Origin: Vicinamibacterales bacterium
GTDB lineage: Bacteria > Acidobacteriota > Vicinamibacteria > Vicinamibacterales > CAVVIG01
DNA: 64,000 bases
Assembly (NCBI GenBank): GCA_036489235.1
Contig: DASXGC010000334.1
Location: 1,850-65,849 of the forward strand
Reading direction: 5' to 3'
The notes beneath the pieces are model-generated. The model saw nothing but the letters and a program-made list of their open reading frames with translations, was not told the origin of the DNA and ran no database searches. The translations under genes and the position numbers were made by a program. Shown in pieces: positions 62,876-64,000 of the stretch. Each line of letters opens with the position of its first letter. The stretch's first letter is position 1.

Positions 62876-63958
62876 ATGTCACGAGTGGTAAGACTGTTTT
62901 GTATCGCGGCCCTGCTTGGCGTTGGATCGGGCGCGGCAGTTGATGCGGCCCCACACGATCGCACGTTGGCGATCGTCATGACCAACGACACTGTCGAGAA
63001 TCGCATTCTCGTCTATGACGCCAACACCCACGCCCTGATTCAGACGCTCTCGACGCAAGGCAAGGGCGGCGTCGGCGGGAACGGGCACGGGATCCGGCAG
63101 AACGACGACGGCATCGTCGCCGTCGTGAACTACGGCTCGGGGACGGTGGCCGTCTTTCGCCGCGCGCATAACGGCCTCACCTTCGACTCACTCGTGAGCA
63201 CGACGAGCGCGCCGGTCAGCATCGACTTCGGCAATGACCACATGTACGTCGCCGGCGACACGTCGGTCGACTCGTTTGTTCTCCATCACCAGAACATCGG
63301 GGGGCTCGACGGCACGACGACCCTGGCACTCGCGGACGGTGCGGGCGTCCCCGCGGCCGGCAGCACCGCCGAGGTCGGCGTCATCAGCGACACGCGCCTG
63401 CTCGTGACGCTGAAGACCGATCCGACGCCGGGCACGGTCGACGTCGTCTCACTGCGCGACGGCGCGATCAAGTCAACCACGCCAACGGCGGTATCCGCGC
63501 CCGATGGCACGCTCACGCCCTTCGGCTTCTCGGTCCTCGATGACGGCACGGCGCTCATCACGCTGGCGCATTCAAATGAAGACGGGCTGTTCCGTGATGG
63601 CGCATTCAAGGCGGTGATCGGTTCCGGCCAGACCGCACCGTGCTGGACCACCAGGGCCGGGAAGTATGTGTTCACCGTCAATACGGCGAGCCGTACGATC
63701 AGCCGGCTGGTGACGACGGGCGACAACATCTTCATCGACAACCAGGTGGAGGCCAGCGTGACGACGGGCTCCCCCACGGACGCTGACGCCAATGGCGGAG
63801 TCTTTGGTGTGATCGACCATGGCACCAATCAGTCGCACCTGACTTTCTTCAGCTACAACGTCTTCGGCGAATTGCAGGCGGCGGGCGGGCCAATTACGCT
63901 GGGCGTACCGAACGCCAACGGTGTCGCGATCATGGCGCCTGGCGACGACAACGACTGA
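62876..63958 (+). CDS. Secreted beta-propeller protein (lactonase-like 7-bladed propeller pattern)
   Basis: GAAGGAG sits before the ATG, followed by a signal peptide. Repeated blade-like motifs (NRILVYD, GSGTVAVFR, GKYVFTVNTASRTISRL). Confidence 0.65.
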   Translation: MSRVVRLFCIAALLGVGSGAAVDAAPHDRTLAIVMTNDTVENRILVYDANTHALIQTLSTQGKGGVGGNGHGIRQNDDGIVAVVNYGSGTVAVFRRAHNGLTFDSLVSTTSAPVSIDFGNDHMYVAGDTSVDSFVLHHQNIGGLDGTTTLALADGAGVPAAGSTAEVGVISDTRLLVTLKTDPTPGTVDVVSLRDGAIKSTTPTAVSAPDGTLTPFGFSVLDDGTALITLAHSNEDGLFRDGAFKAVIGSGQTAPCWTTRAGKYVFTVNTASRTISRLVTTGDNIFIDNQVEASVTTGSPTDADANGGVFGVIDHGTNQSHLTFFSYNVFGELQAAGGPITLGVPNANGVAIMAPGDDND

Positions 63959-64000
63959 TTTGGACGCTCTCGTGTGGCGCGGCGCTCTCGATTGCCTGAG

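Noticed and set aside
1-64000. Searched by eye for CRISPR arrays, rRNA/tRNA genes, IS elements, integrases, prophage genes and known defence-system genes.
   Set aside because: I saw no regularly spaced direct repeats, no tRNA cloverleaf candidates in intergenic regions, and no transposase, integrase, nuclease or helicase-type ORFs. A manual scan may still have missed short elements.

Overview
High-GC (about two-thirds G+C by eye) chromosomal segment. The gene content suggests Acidobacteriota: a duplicated-FtsX 'ADOP'-type permease, a CarboxypepD_reg-type TonB-dependent receptor, and many sigma-54-type signals. I found no rRNA, tRNA, CRISPR array, transposase or integrase.

Most long ORFs in the six-frame track are antisense GC artefacts. 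About 60 ORFs look real. They include two RND efflux operons, a SulP transporter, three universal stress protein (USP) genes plus one USP fragment, a Cfa-like methyltransferase coupled to a flavoprotein, a detox-type island (TetR/LysR regulators with SDR, aldo/keto reductase, alpha/beta-hydrolase, VOC and tautomerase genes), a NarL-type two-component pair, and an ECF sigma/anti-sigma pair next to a metallophosphoesterase-cupredoxin-DUF2231 operon.

The most interesting structure lies at about 16.1-29.9 kb. A kinase carrying a FixL-type haem-PAS domain is clustered with two stand-alone receiver proteins and an NtrC-type sigma-54 activator, rather than with a FixJ-type partner. At least eight -24/-12 (GG-N10-GC) promoter-like sites sit directly upstream of USP genes, a Cfa-like/reductase pair, a DHOD-like gene, a 64-aa membrane ORF, a small exported-protein operon and the leader of an efflux operon. 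Three of these loci are divergent promoter pairs flanking a shared CGCG-N8 AT-core motif. I read this as a previously uncharacterised oxygen- or redox-responsive, sigma-54-dependent stress ('dormancy-like') regulon. This is an inference from motifs read by eye, not a computed result.

Other notable items are several gene remnants and chimeras, an unusual cytoplasmic LamG-M23 peptidase fusion with a 120-aa partner, and clear operator palindromes for TetR and LysR regulators.
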